Positions 39,950 to 49,625 of a DNA stretch of 64,000 nucleotides are shown here, piece after piece. This DNA comes from a virus (lineage: Duplodnaviria > Caudoviricetes). The stretch's first letter is position 1; each line of letters begins with the position of its first letter. Where the stretch lies: the IMG/VR virus record IMGVR_UViG_2588253904_000003, positions 1 through 64,000 of that record. One strand, written 5' to 3'. The notes below the pieces were generated by a model. That model did not search any database. It was not told the origin of the DNA and was given only the letters and a program-made list of their open reading frames with translations. The translations under genes and the position numbers were made by a program.

Positions 39950-41217
39950 TAGTGAATCCCTAATTTCTTTTTTTCTCTTATTTTCGCTTTTTTGTTCATT
40001 ATTTCGTCAGATATTGCATACCTGGTACAGTCAAGAAAATGGTTGTCTTTATCAGGGTATGATCCTTTGAAATTTCCGTTTTTATCCTTTTCCAGTTCAT
40101 ATGAGGAAAATTCACGGGCTGCATTCGGGCACCTCACCGGATCAATAACAATATAATCCAAATCATTGGCCAGGTAATTGATCCCAAAATCAACGGATCC
40201 GGGCCCCTTTTTTGCCGGGTACACCCTCAGGCCTAACTCATTGAAGGAGGATATGGAGCGGGGTTCCTCGCTGTCTGCTATGATGATCTTGTTATCAGGA
40301 TTTAGCTTCTTAATCTCCTCCACAGCCTTCCGGGTTTTTAGGTTCACCTGGTAGATCTCAGCAAAGATGTAAAGCCGCCTCTGCTTCTTATTCAGGTGCA
40401 TTCTTCCAAATGCAAGCGGATCCGCCGCAAAACCAAAATCCAGGCCTTGCTTAATCTTATCAAAGATCGCTATCTCTTCATCCGTGATCTCCCTCAGAAT
40501 CACATTATCAAATACTTTTCCACCGGTTCCAGTAGCCTCTCCCAGGTACTCATGCCGGTATGCCATTCTTTTCCGCTTTTTGAGCTCTTCAGCCTCAATG
40601 AAAAATTGCTCTCCCAACCAACTCCTGGGCACTGTCAAATAGGTGGAATGGCTGCACAGCGTATCCTCCCGCACCTGAAGCACATCCTGATTTACCCATG
40701 AATTGAGGCTCTTTGGCGGGTTCCATGTGTAAAATACCACATACTTATCACCGCCACGCATTAAGGACTGGTTTATTTTTCTTTCATCTTCATCCCCTTC
40801 AAACTCAGCCCTTTCCTCATACCATATGTATTTAAAATAGCCCTTCCTCAGTTTGATTGACTTGGACTTGTTAGGATCATCACAGCCCCTAAATACAATC
40901 CTTTGCCCTGTTGGCTTATAGGTTAGCCTCAGGGGGGAGAGGGTTATTTTCCATAAGTGGCTTACTTCCAGGGCATCTATGGCCCACAAAAGCTGCTCAA
41001 AAACGCTCTCAGCCAGGGTATTGCCCACCTTCCTGAAACAAGCGGCATTCGCATTGGGATCCTGCATCATGCCGTAAATTATTTCCAGGCTCACAAATGA
41101 GGATTTAGTGGAGCCTCTGCCTCCGTATAGCTTATAGTGGGTATGTTTACCCTCCAAAATATCCCAATGAATATCATAGAATTGTGGTGCAATGAGATCA
41201 GATAGTCTAATCTCCAT
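39946..41217 (-). CDS. terL: Terminase large subunit (PBSX type)
   Basis: GGRGSTKS Walker A, WYEE, GLDFG, DNHFLDCTRY. Confidence 0.95.
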   Translation of the reverse strand: MEIRLSDLIAPQFYDIHWDILEGKHTHYKLYGGRGSTKSSFVSLEIIYGMMQDPNANAACFRKVGNTLAESVFEQLLWAIDALEVSHLWKITLSPLRLTYKPTGQRIVFRGCDDPNKSKSIKLRKGYFKYIWYEERAEFEGDEDERKINQSLMRGGDKYVVFYTWNPPKSLNSWVNQDVLQVREDTLCSHSTYLTVPRSWLGEQFFIEAEELKKRKRMAYRHEYLGEATGTGGKVFDNVILREITDEEIAIFDKIKQGLDFGFAADPLAFGRMHLNKKQRRLYIFAEIYQVNLKTRKAVEEIKKLNPDNKIIIADSEEPRSISSFNELGLRVYPAKKGPGSVDFGINYLANDLDYIVIDPVRCPNAAREFSSYELEKDKNGNFKGSYPDKDNHFLDCTRYAISDEIMNKKAKIREKKKLGIHY

Positions 41218-41656
41218 TCGGTGCCCTTGGTATATCGTTTATAATGGTGACGGGCTCTAATTTCCCGGTGATCTCCTGCTTATCCACAAATAGCCGGTAT
41301 CTTTTTCCCAATAGCTCTGCCGCCTTGGTTCTGTCCTGAAGGGAAGGATCCAAATCAAATTGATCCCGCTCCTCTCCTCTCATTACCCTTGTGAGATATT
41401 GCAGCACCTCCTCAGCGCTTGCCACCCTTTTTTCTTCCAGTTCTGCAAGCCGCAAATCTATATATTCTTTTAGGTAAGGTTTTGTCAGGTTTTCGCTTCC
41501 CATGGCTTTTGCCGTTTTTTCAGAATATCCGGCCAGTTTTGCGGCCTCCGTGGCATTCAGCGTGGTAATGTAATGATCACAGAATGCCGCTTGCTTTTCG
41601 CTCATTAGCCTCTTCAGTTCCTTCATTCTCTCCATCTGCTGCCCTTCCATGCTCAT
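41207..41656 (-). CDS. terS: Terminase small subunit
   Basis: NATEAAKLAGYSEKTA...ENL.KP...KAAELLGK. Confidence 0.9.
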   Translation of the reverse strand: MSMEGQQMERMKELKRLMSEKQAAFCDHYITTLNATEAAKLAGYSEKTAKAMGSENLTKPYLKEYIDLRLAELEEKRVASAEEVLQYLTRVMRGEERDQFDLDPSLQDRTKAAELLGKRYRLFVDKQEITGKLEPVTIINDIPRAPNGD

Positions 41657-41942
41657 TCACTTCCTTCCACTTGTCTGCCAGGTATTTCAGCAGCTTCACC
41701 TTACTGAAGAAAACCTCTCCATCCCGGTTCGGGTGCTCTTCCCATAAAATCAACTTTGTGCATAGCCGCCCTTGGCTCTCTGAATAAAATTGCTGAGTAT
41801 TTATCTTGTATACAATGCCCTGCTGCCTCAGGGCCTTCAGTAAATTATTGATTTTCCCTTGTACGTTCACCCTTCCCCCTCCTTTGCACACGAAAAAGGC
41901 ACCCACGCACAGAGGCGGGATGCCCTTTCCTTCAGGTTTCAA
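41577..41942 (-). CDS. Hypothetical protein (true start probably further downstream)
   Basis: ORF upstream of terS. Confidence 0.45.
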   Translation of the reverse strand: MKPEGKGIPPLCVGAFFVCKGGGRVNVQGKINNLLKALRQQGIVYKINTQQFYSESQGRLCTKLILWEEHPNRDGEVFFSKVKLLKYLADKWKEVNEHGRAADGENEGTEEANERKASGIL

Positions 41943-42018
41943 TTCATAAGGGGATAAGCCAACAAATTTTCACCTGATAGCATTATAGATCATTTAAAAT
42001 GAGAATTGTGAGAAACTT

Positions 42019-42477
42019 TCATTTTTTTCTCTTTTTCTTTTCCGGGTGTTCCTTCAGGTACTTAGTGAGCAGCTTCTCCGGGTATGTCCGATCACAGTTC
42101 ATGGCGGCGGCCACTTTATCCCAGGAGAGCCCCTCTTCATACCTCAGGCTTATAATTCTCCGGATCCTGCTGTCATTTATGCTCTTTATGTACTGAGATA
42201 TTTTAAACTCTGCATCCACCGCCTGCTGCCGCCGCTTCAGCAAAAGGAGCTCACTTTCTGTCAACTCCCTCCGGCGCTTCCGGCTTCCTTTATTGTCTAC
42301 CCCGGTTATTGTCTTGGTTGTGCGTACATACGGAAAATCGGGCATGGAAGCCTGCACTCTATCTGTCACTTTTCCCACCCTTTGCTCCTGCATTTTTTCA
42401 ACCTTGGCATCCAACTCCTGGATCTCTTTCCTGAGATCCAATAATTGCTCTAACTCACTTTTAGTCACCCTCAGCAC
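42019..42477 (-). CDS. RinA/ArpU-like late transcription activator
   Basis: RRIISLRYEEGLSWDKVA; position just before the packaging genes. Confidence 0.75.
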   Translation of the reverse strand: MLRVTKSELEQLLDLRKEIQELDAKVEKMQEQRVGKVTDRVQASMPDFPYVRTTKTITGVDNKGSRKRRRELTESELLLLKRRQQAVDAEFKISQYIKSINDSRIRRIISLRYEEGLSWDKVAAAMNCDRTYPEKLLTKYLKEHPEKKKRKK

Positions 42478-42480
42478 CTC

Positions 42481-42861
42481 CTAATTGAACGGGAGCCCTT
42501 CATATTCTTCAGGCGCTTCCATGTAGCCGCCTGCTGCCGGGCCGGTGTTCCCCTGCTTCCCGTCACAGAATGTAAAGCCTTCACAGATAAACTCTGTATA
42601 ATATATCTTGTTTCCATTCTTTTCATAGGAGCCGCTTTCTGCCCTGGCACAAATTCCGATCCTCATGCCTCTCTTCAGGTGCTTCTCAACAAATTCACCT
42701 CTGCCGCCCAATGCTTTGAAGGTGAGAAAATCTGCCGCCCGCTCCTTTGTCGGTCTGTCTACTGCCAGGGTAAACCTTGCCACACATACCGGCTTTTCAC
42801 CCTGGCTATATCTCACTTCCGGATCCCTTGTGAGCCTCCCTATGAAATTACAGCTATTCAT
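42481..42861 (-). CDS. ssb: Single-stranded DNA-binding protein
   Basis: GRLTRDPEVRY...FTLAVDR...LPFN. Confidence 0.92.
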   Translation of the reverse strand: MNSCNFIGRLTRDPEVRYSQGEKPVCVARFTLAVDRPTKERAADFLTFKALGGRGEFVEKHLKRGMRIGICARAESGSYEKNGNKIYYTEFICEGFTFCDGKQGNTGPAAGGYMEAPEEYEGLPFN

Positions 42862-43273
42862 TGCCCACTTCCTCCTCTCTTATAACTTTTTCCTCTTTCA
42901 CATTACTCAGAGGAATACAAAAAGTGCCCTGAGGTTCCCATTCCTTCCAGTGCTCCTCAAATTCTTCAAAAGAATCGTACAAGCACATGCCCGCCTCTGT
43001 TTCTGTTTTATACATGGTTTCCATCACGGCTCTTTCCGATTCTTCCGGCCAACTGTAAAGGTGCCATGATTCGTGATTGTCATAATCCCACAATGAGAGG
43101 AGCAGGGTGTGGCCATCTATTGGCCACCCGGTTCCGCTCACCTTCCCCTCAATAATTTTGGGCATATAGTTCCGCATAGTCATACCCCCTTGATCTTGGT
43201 TGCTATCATATCCGCTGTATGAGTATAGAGCACATTCGGGCACCGTTTCACAGCTTCCGTGTAAAACTTCCAC
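42854..43273 (-). CDS. Hypothetical protein
   Basis: ORF in the early operon; start uncertain. Confidence 0.5.
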   Translation of the reverse strand: MEVLHGSCETVPECALYSYSGYDSNQDQGGMTMRNYMPKIIEGKVSGTGWPIDGHTLLLSLWDYDNHESWHLYSWPEESERAVMETMYKTETEAGMCLYDSFEEFEEHWKEWEPQGTFCIPLSNVKEEKVIREEEVGNE

Positions 43274-43755
43274 TCTTTACTGTCTGTAAAAGCTCCCATG
43301 TGATACCGGATACAGAGCTTTTCTTCCACCGTGAGATCAATGTGCCCCATGAGCATGATCAGGCTCTTATCTCCATGCCCTGGCCACAGCGCCTCCTCAT
43401 TCCATACCGCCTGCCCTGGCCCATATACCGGCCCGCCGCCCTGGTCTACTGATACAATCTCCTGCTGTATCACATAATCATCCATTTTACACACATCATG
43501 CAGCATACCCACCACGGCGGGGCTCTCTTTCCTCTGCCACTTCAGGCCCAATCTATCAGTAAGCATGATCAGCTCATGTGTTACCTGAAGGCTGTGATCG
43601 AATAGTGAGCCCTCATAGGAAGCATGGTGCTTCATGGAAGCCGGGGCCGTATAATACCCCACTTCCTCCAACCAATCCAGGAGCCTGCTGCCGCCCACAT
43701 TCTCAAAAAACTGCTGCATGATAATCTTTTTACTTTCCATTTTCAGCTCTTCCAA
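43180..43755 (-). CDS. HD-domain hydrolase
   Basis: APAS.KHH...HS...LHDVCK...HG...YHMG...AD. Confidence 0.85.
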   Translation of the reverse strand: MEELKMESKKIIMQQFFENVGGSRLLDWLEEVGYYTAPASMKHHASYEGSLFDHSLQVTHELIMLTDRLGLKWQRKESPAVVGMLHDVCKMDDYVIQQEIVSVDQGGGPVYGPGQAVWNEEALWPGHGDKSLIMLMGHIDLTVEEKLCIRYHMGAFTDSKEWKFYTEAVKRCPNVLYTHTADMIATKIKGV

Positions 43756-43776
43756 TTTCTTCCCTCCTATTTCTTC

Positions 43777-44223
43777 TCAGTCAATGCCTTGGCCACCGCT
43801 ATGAATAGCGCTATCAGAATCATAAGCACCAGGGCCGCCAATACAATCAGGCACCCGGCCCCTATCATTTTCAGAATCGTCCACATGATTTCCATTTCGC
43901 TCTCCTCCTCTCATAAATTCTGCCGCCGCCATGATCTCCCTTCTCAGTTCTTCCATGCCTGCCGCCGCATTTAAAGCCGCCTCATGGACTTGGCGGGCCA
44001 TTTCCTTCAACCCTTCTCCTGCTGCCCTCTGCACCTCTCTCAGGCGCTCATGGAGCAGCTCAGGCCAGTGCTCTGCCCACCATGCCTCATACTGCTCCGG
44101 GTTCATTCCATATATTTTTTTGAATTGCTTTCTTTTCTGCCTCCTATTCAATGGCCGCCTCCCTTCTTGGATCCATGAAGCGCTCCCTCTGCTCCCTGAG
44201 GAGCTTTTGCATTTTCTCCTCAA
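43777..44223 (-). CDS. Hypothetical protein
   Basis: ORF in the early operon. Confidence 0.4.
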   Translation of the reverse strand: MRRKCKSSSGSRGSASWIQEGRRPLNRRQKRKQFKKIYGMNPEQYEAWWAEHWPELLHERLREVQRAAGEGLKEMARQVHEAALNAAAGMEELRREIMAAAEFMRGGERNGNHVDDSENDRGRVPDCIGGPGAYDSDSAIHSGGQGID

Positions 44224-44614
44224 ACCTATGGCCCAATACCTTGCAATCAGGAGAGGCGCTGAAGGAAATGCTCAGGCCTCCATGCTCAGGATCGCCGGTG
44301 TCAAAATTGATTAAATACCCACATTCCTCCTTATCATATTCCACAGTACCAGTGAGCCACCGCCTGCCATCCTCCCAATCCCGCACCTTTACCACATCAC
44401 CCTCATAGATCTCATGGCCTTCCATATCCTTCCGGCCAATTTGAAACATGATACAGCCGGGCCCCATTCGGATCATGCCCTCCCATCTCATATTCCTCAG
44501 ATCAATTCCGAACACTACCCCATCCCGGTTCAGCAGATAACGGAAAGTATTCTCTGTTACGTCCTCCGGCATGAGCATTTTGCCATCCTGCCATATTCTG
44601 AATTTATGCCCCAT
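44144..44614 (-). CDS. YopX family protein
   Basis: KFRIW...G.KD..G.EIYEGDVV...VLG. Confidence 0.75.
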   Translation of the reverse strand: MGHKFRIWQDGKMLMPEDVTENTFRYLLNRDGVVFGIDLRNMRWEGMIRMGPGCIMFQIGRKDMEGHEIYEGDVVKVRDWEDGRRWLTGTVEYDKEECGYLINFDTGDPEHGGLSISFSASPDCKVLGHRFEEKMQKLLREQRERFMDPRREAAIE

Positions 44615-45392
44615 GTTGCCTCCTGCTGCCGGGCTTCAACTTTTCAGGCCATTCCTGGATCAATGGCTCTCCCCACACATCTGATAGACTATCTTTCATA
44701 AATACCGGCTTTTTGTTTTCCCTGCATAACTTCACTATATCCTCTATCCACTCTCTTTCCGGTATGGCCTTCCCTTTTCTGTTTCCGGTTTCTGCTCCGA
44801 TAATTACCCAATCAATTTGCCTAAAGAGTATATTGTGCTTTTCAGGCTGAAGATCTTCCAGTATTGGCTCCATGCTTACAAAAGTGTTAGCCCCTGCCGG
44901 TAAATTATTAAAAAGGTGTGCCTCACTTTCTTTTGTTATGCTTACTCCGTACCACATATTTTCACAGAGAGGTACATGGTATTGACAGTATCTCTTTACA
45001 TTTTTGGTTAGAAATAAATAATTGTGTTGTGTGGCCCTCTCACATGCCTCAAATACTGCATCTATCCACACATCCGGCACCCAATCCCCAAACAGATCCG
45101 CCATTGAGCACACAAATATATTGCGGCCTCTCTTCTTTTCATAATCACTCAGCCTTTTTATGTGTAATGTTGGTGTGAATTTTTCCGGGTATGGATTAGA
45201 CGTTTTATAGGCCACCTCCACACATAACTCACCATTCCGGCCCTTTACCGTCTTTATGTCCGATCCGTCAATTCTGAGAAAATCTCCAAATCTTGCGGCC
45301 ATCCTTCTTGCATAACAATACTTGCAATCATGGTAACAACCTGTGACCGGGTTCCAGGTACTTTCTGCCCATTCTATCCTTGTTTTTTCCAT
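44604..45392 (-). CDS. DUF5131 (phage Gp37/Gp68-like) protein
   Basis: IEW...TWNPVTGC..DC.YCYA...FVCSMADLF. Confidence 0.85.
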   Translation of the reverse strand: MEKTRIEWAESTWNPVTGCYHDCKYCYARRMAARFGDFLRIDGSDIKTVKGRNGELCVEVAYKTSNPYPEKFTPTLHIKRLSDYEKKRGRNIFVCSMADLFGDWVPDVWIDAVFEACERATQHNYLFLTKNVKRYCQYHVPLCENMWYGVSITKESEAHLFNNLPAGANTFVSMEPILEDLQPEKHNILFRQIDWVIIGAETGNRKGKAIPEREWIEDIVKLCRENKKPVFMKDSLSDVWGEPLIQEWPEKLKPGSRRQHGA

Positions 45393-45401
45393 TTCTGCCT
45401 C

Positions 45402-46145
45402 CTATCTGTAAAAATTGTGATTGCCTACTGTCTTTATGTATTCCAAATTTTCAGAGTGCTAGGTGTTCTCCCCATTGTATACAGCTTCAAAATATAGGGC
45501 CCCTTCACTTTCATCCCATTTATCAATGAGCACCATATCCAGGGCGGCCCAACACTCTGCATTAGGCTCCACCCGGTCAAACCGGCCATTTTCTACCGGT
45601 GTAAACTGCCCATCCTCAAAAATTACCTCCTCTATGGTATCCGGGAAGGCGCTGCTTTCTTCTCTATTCAGCACCACCCGGATCACCATTGCCTTCCCTT
45701 CTATGCACTCACCCTCTGCTTCAGCCATTGCAAGGCGGGCCAAAAGGTACTCATTGCGGGAATTTCCGGATCCTGATCGGGTTTCCTGAATAGGCTCCTG
45801 CTGTGCCCTCTCAGGCCCCGTGGCCTTATGAGGGAGCTCTCCGGCCTCCGTTTCCTGCTGAATCTCTTCCACTGGCACCTCCACCGGCTCCTCTGCTGCC
45901 ATTATTTTGCATATTATGGCCGCCGCAATCAGAATGGCCGCAAATATTACTGCTGCCCTCCTGGCCGCTCTCAGCCTCTTCCTCCGGATCCTCCGCTTTT
46001 TCTTCGCATATGCTACACGCAAAGAATGGCTCCCGGCTTCCCTTAATGAAAAAGCCTTTGCATTTCCCGCTTGCGTCCTTCTCTGCCCTCTTGCATTTCT
46101 CTCCCAGGAGCGGCTCTCCCGGACTTGAATCGGGTAACTTTTCAT
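45402..46145 (-). pseudogene. SleB/CwlJ-like cell wall hydrolase with premature TAG
   Basis: LARLAMAEAEGE...VVLNR..S..FPDTI.EVI..GQF...GALYF; TAG at 45461-45459 is followed in frame by HSENLEYIKTVGNHNFYR*. Confidence 0.75.
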
Positions 46146-46372
46146 TGCAAATCCCCTCCAATGCTTTCACTACTGCTGCCCCCTTCAAATTTTGTGAGCT
46201 CCATCTCCTGCTTCTCCTCATTAAACTGGATACTCAGGAAGGTTTTGCATTGCAGGCAGCGCCCGGCTCCCTGGTTGATCCCCATTTCCATGAATATACT
46301 TTTGCAGATCCACATCTCCCTCCCGCACTCCGGGCATATTCCTTTATACCTTGGCCTTTTGTCCTGCTCCAT
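46142..46372 (-). CDS. Small Zn-ribbon protein
   Basis: CPEC...CLQC. Confidence 0.55.
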   Translation of the reverse strand: MEQDKRPRYKGICPECGREMWICKSIFMEMGINQGAGRCLQCKTFLSIQFNEEKQEMELTKFEGGSSSESIGGDLQ

Positions 46373-46384
46373 TGTTTGCGCCTC

Positions 46385-46597
46385 TCAATCTATTTCTTTC
46401 TTATCAACTGTTAAAGTCGGGTTTACCAGTTTGATCCACTCTATTGGTATTTTCCCATTATTTTCTCTCAGCAGATCATTGATCCCTTGTGCTGCTTCCT
46501 CTTTTGTCACATACTGCTCAAATGAAAATTCTATTCTTACCGCTTTAGACACATAATCATCCAAAACTACCGGCACCGGATTTTTATATTTTCCCAA
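46385..46597 (-). CDS. Small hypothetical protein
   Basis: AGGAGG RBS. Confidence 0.5.
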   Translation of the reverse strand: MGKYKNPVPVVLDDYVSKAVRIEFSFEQYVTKEEAAQGINDLLRENNGKIPIEWIKLVNPTLTVDKKEID

Positions 46598-46636
46598 TTT
46601 TATTCCTCCTTAAAATTTGCTTGCTTATCCCCTTAT

Positions 46637-46667
46637 AATCCCACCGCCGCAAAAGGCGGCGGGATTG
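46637..46667 (-). promoter_or_regulatory. GC-rich hairpin downstream of VR2
   Basis: CCGCCGC-CTTTT-GCGGCGG; shares ATCAATCCCGCC with the VR1 downstream region. Confidence 0.75.
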
Positions 46668-46674
46668 ATATTGA

Positions 46675-47298
46675 TTATTTTTTGATACTGAAGCAGACGG
46701 GCACCCGGAGAGCGTAGGAGCAACTGCTGCCGTTGGCAATGCCATCGTAGTTGACATTGCAGGCATGGGTAGAATGGCCCGCACACACAGACAGCAGCCA
46801 CCAGTCGGCCCTCTCTCCATCCTTGTCAAATTTCACCCGGTTCCTGGAATCCTTGAAGAGCTCAAACTGCTGCCCCTCCTCCACTTCAGAGGCCCAACTA
46901 TCGCCAAATACTTCAAATTCAGACGGGAGCCACAGCTTCAGCATGAAGCGCTCCTCTTTCCCTTCCACAATCTGAAGGCACTCCCTCTCACTGATCACCG
47001 CCTTCAGCTCCTCAGGCAGGATCTCCCACACTCCCTCATTCAGATACCGGCATAAATCCGATTCTTTAAAGCCTCCGGTGTTTCTCCCGTTCCCATTCCA
47101 CACCACACGCTCAGCCAGGAGATCCTTGCTTACAAATTTCACCTCTTCCTCTGTAATATCTGCCACCACATACACCATTTTCTGCCCGGTGAGCAGATTA
47201 TCAGAGATTTCATCCCCTACTTTCAAAGAGCCTGCTGCTGCCAGTTCCTTCACCTTGGCCCAATTTGTTTCCTCTGTTCTTTTCCTTGTGATTTCCAT
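46675..47298 (-). CDS. DGR target 2 (remote): stand-alone DUF6273/CLec-like protein in the early region
   Basis: AAGGAGG RBS before ATG 47298; KLWLPSEFEVFG resembles target 1 KLWIPCEYEVFG; VR2 at the 3' end. Confidence 0.88.
   Translation of the reverse strand: MEITRKRTEETNWAKVKELAAAGSLKVGDEISDNLLTGQKMVYVVADITEEEVKFVSKDLLAERVVWNGNGRNTGGFKESDLCRYLNEGVWEILPEELKAVISERECLQIVEGKEERFMLKLWLPSEFEVFGDSWASEVEEGQQFELFKDSRNRVKFDKDGERADWWLLSVCAGHSTHACNVNYDGIANGSSCSYALRVPVCFSIKK
46694..46811 (-). repeat. DGR variable repeat VR2
   Basis: 10 mismatches to TR over 118 bp, all at TR adenines. Confidence 0.95.
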
Positions 47299-47329
47299 AT
47301 GTTTCTTATCCTCCTTATATTTTCTCAGG

Positions 47330-47644
47330 CTATTGGCCGCCTGCTGCCTTCTGTAATTCTTCCAGGGTTTTCTCTGCTTCCTTATCCTCTGCCCCTGCTG
47401 CCACAAGCGCAATATGGATCGCCCTCAGCTTTGCCTCTCCAATCCCTTTTATTTTCCGTATTTCTTCCAGTGCCGTGGGGAGATTGAAGGAAGAAGCCGC
47501 CTGCTGCCGCCCGGCCTCATATCCTGCTGTATATCCCCGCTCATAATATCCGGCAATATGGCTCTCCATGGTGCTGTGATCCATTTTCCGGATCCGGTCA
47601 AATTCTTTCCGGTTTACCTCAACCGCCTTTTTCTTCTTGGCCAT
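47330..47644 (-). CDS. Hypothetical protein with HhH-like motif
   Basis: KIKGIGEAK. Confidence 0.55.
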   Translation of the reverse strand: MAKKKKAVEVNRKEFDRIRKMDHSTMESHIAGYYERGYTAGYEAGRQQAASSFNLPTALEEIRKIKGIGEAKLRAIHIALVAAGAEDKEAEKTLEELQKAAGGQ

Positions 47645-47656
47645 CCCGCTGCCCTC

Positions 47657-49039
47657 CTATGCAAATTTGATCTGCTCTTCGCTACAATCGATCCTCATGT
47701 GTGGTATCCGCTCCCCTATTTTCAAGTATCCGCAGTTTGCTTCTACCAATTTCTGAGCCATAATTGGCACCACACTATTTCCGATTCTCGCCACCTGCTC
47801 CTTCACCGGATACCGCTTGAAATTTATATCACGGTCAATTATGTAATCAGGTGGGAAGCCCTGCATGATCTTCAGCTCCTCCGGCTTCAGCATTCTCAAA
47901 AATATATCATTCAGAACATACTTCTCACCGTTCAGCTCCACAATGGCGCTCACCAGGCCAAAACGATCCTTTGTCGTAATCGTTCCCAATGGGTTGCTCA
48001 ATGTCTGCCCGCACCCGGCCCCGTAATATTTGATCAAAAATGCAGTTATCAGGCCAAAATGCCCCGGTGAGGTTGTGATTGTGTGAAGCGGCTCATTGCA
48101 CCCCTGCCCGATCCCTGATTTATAGAATTTTGTTACAAAGGCCGTTACTAGGCCATACCGGTTGCTTGTGTCAATGGTTTTTATGGGCTCTTTGAGTGTC
48201 TGCCCCCTTGCATCCCCTTCTTTCTGCTCCCCGTGATACTGAATCAGAAAAGCATAGGCTTCACTGTTTTTCACTTCATAGGGATGCGGATTATTCACCA
48301 CATACTTCAGAAAACCATTGGCAATCCGCTTCATTGTGGCCTCTGCAAGCGGCTTTTTCCGGTCAAATATGCTTTTTCCCAAATCCGACCAATCAATATA
48401 TTTCCCGCATTCCTCCCAGGGCTTCAAGCCGCCTGCTGCCCCTTTTGCATGTGTGGGCTCCGGCCAAATTATTTCCCGGCCATCCCTCCTGAAAATTGCA
48501 TACCATCGCCGCCTCGTTGTGGGGGCTCCATAATCTGCCGCCACCAGTTCCCTACTGTCAAACTGATAGCCTAACCCTTTCATGGCATTTATAAACTTTT
48601 GATAGTCCTCACCTTCCCGCTCCTTTATCGGGCGGCCATTGTCATCCAGTGGCCCCCATTTCTGAATCTCTTCCACATTCTCCATAATAACCACATCCGG
48701 CCTGATTGCTTTTGCATGTTTATATACTGCCCATGGCAGAATCCTCAGCCCCTTTTTTCGTGGTTGTGATCCCTTTGCTTTGCTGTGACTTGTGCAGTCA
48801 GGGCTTGCCCACATAAGGGAAACATGCCGGCCATTTACATACTTTTTCAGATTTACCTCAAAAATATCCTCTGTCAGGTGTGTGGTGGTGGGATGGTTTA
48901 CTGTGTGCATTCTGATCGCCTCCGGATCGTGATTGATTGCTATATCCACAGTTCTCCCTAATGCCATTTCAATTCCCACGCTTGCACCGCCACCGCCTGC
49001 AAATGCGTCAACTAACAGATCTCTCATTCTTCTCACCAT
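47657..49039 (-). CDS. C5-cytosine DNA methyltransferase
   Basis: FAGGGG, SPDC, ENV, R.R, IGNSV motifs. Confidence 0.92.
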   Translation of the reverse strand: MVRRMRDLLVDAFAGGGGASVGIEMALGRTVDIAINHDPEAIRMHTVNHPTTTHLTEDIFEVNLKKYVNGRHVSLMWASPDCTSHSKAKGSQPRKKGLRILPWAVYKHAKAIRPDVVIMENVEEIQKWGPLDDNGRPIKEREGEDYQKFINAMKGLGYQFDSRELVAADYGAPTTRRRWYAIFRRDGREIIWPEPTHAKGAAGGLKPWEECGKYIDWSDLGKSIFDRKKPLAEATMKRIANGFLKYVVNNPHPYEVKNSEAYAFLIQYHGEQKEGDARGQTLKEPIKTIDTSNRYGLVTAFVTKFYKSGIGQGCNEPLHTITTSPGHFGLITAFLIKYYGAGCGQTLSNPLGTITTKDRFGLVSAIVELNGEKYVLNDIFLRMLKPEELKIMQGFPPDYIIDRDINFKRYPVKEQVARIGNSVVPIMAQKLVEANCGYLKIGERIPHMRIDCSEEQIKFA

Positions 49040-49625
49040 CTAATTTTCCGACTTCATTCCCCCAACAATCCCAACCGCTGATATTTTGCCGGGCAAAAAG
49101 CTCTATGTAATTCAGATCATCACCCATGAGCTCCTTGATCTTCTTTCGCACAATTCCCGGCTTTTGGGAATGCTCTTTTATAGTTGCCTCTATAATCTGG
49201 CTTACACTATTGCTCTTTCTGCTTGGCTTCCCCCTTACACCAATAAAGCAGGCCTCTGTGTTCCCTCTAGTCCACCGGCCCAAACCGAAAAACTTTTGCC
49301 CGTTTTTCTTATTCAGTTTTATCCACTGAAAACCTATGGTTTTATACTTGAATCCCCATGCCTCCATGAGCTCAATGCCTTCCTTCAGCATTGGGTATGT
49401 GATCCACATGAAAATTACACAATCCTTTGCCGCCAATTCCTTCACGGGAAGATCCTTTATATCCTGAATTTTCATGGTGTCATAATGGAGAGCACATGCT
49501 CCATTGCATTTTCTATCCTGGTATCTCCACGGCGGATCTGCATAAATCACATCATACTTTTTCGCCGGGGAGAAAATATCTATTTCAGCCATGCCTTTCC
49601 TCCTATCTGAGCCAGGTTTCAGCAA
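49008..49625 (-). CDS. MT-A70 family adenine methyltransferase
   Basis: YADPPW...HSQKP...IELFAR...WGNE. Confidence 0.9.
   Translation of the reverse strand: MLKPGSDRRKGMAEIDIFSPAKKYDVIYADPPWRYQDRKCNGACALHYDTMKIQDIKDLPVKELAAKDCVIFMWITYPMLKEGIELMEAWGFKYKTIGFQWIKLNKKNGQKFFGLGRWTRGNTEACFIGVRGKPSRKSNSVSQIIEATIKEHSQKPGIVRKKIKELMGDDLNYIELFARQNISGWDCWGNEVGKLDGEKNERSVS

Noticed and set aside
21418-45461. Phage-wide stop-codon reassignment explaining the internal TGA and TAG
   Set aside because: Two different stops are involved, many prophage genes end normally in TGA or TAG, and no suppressor tRNA was seen
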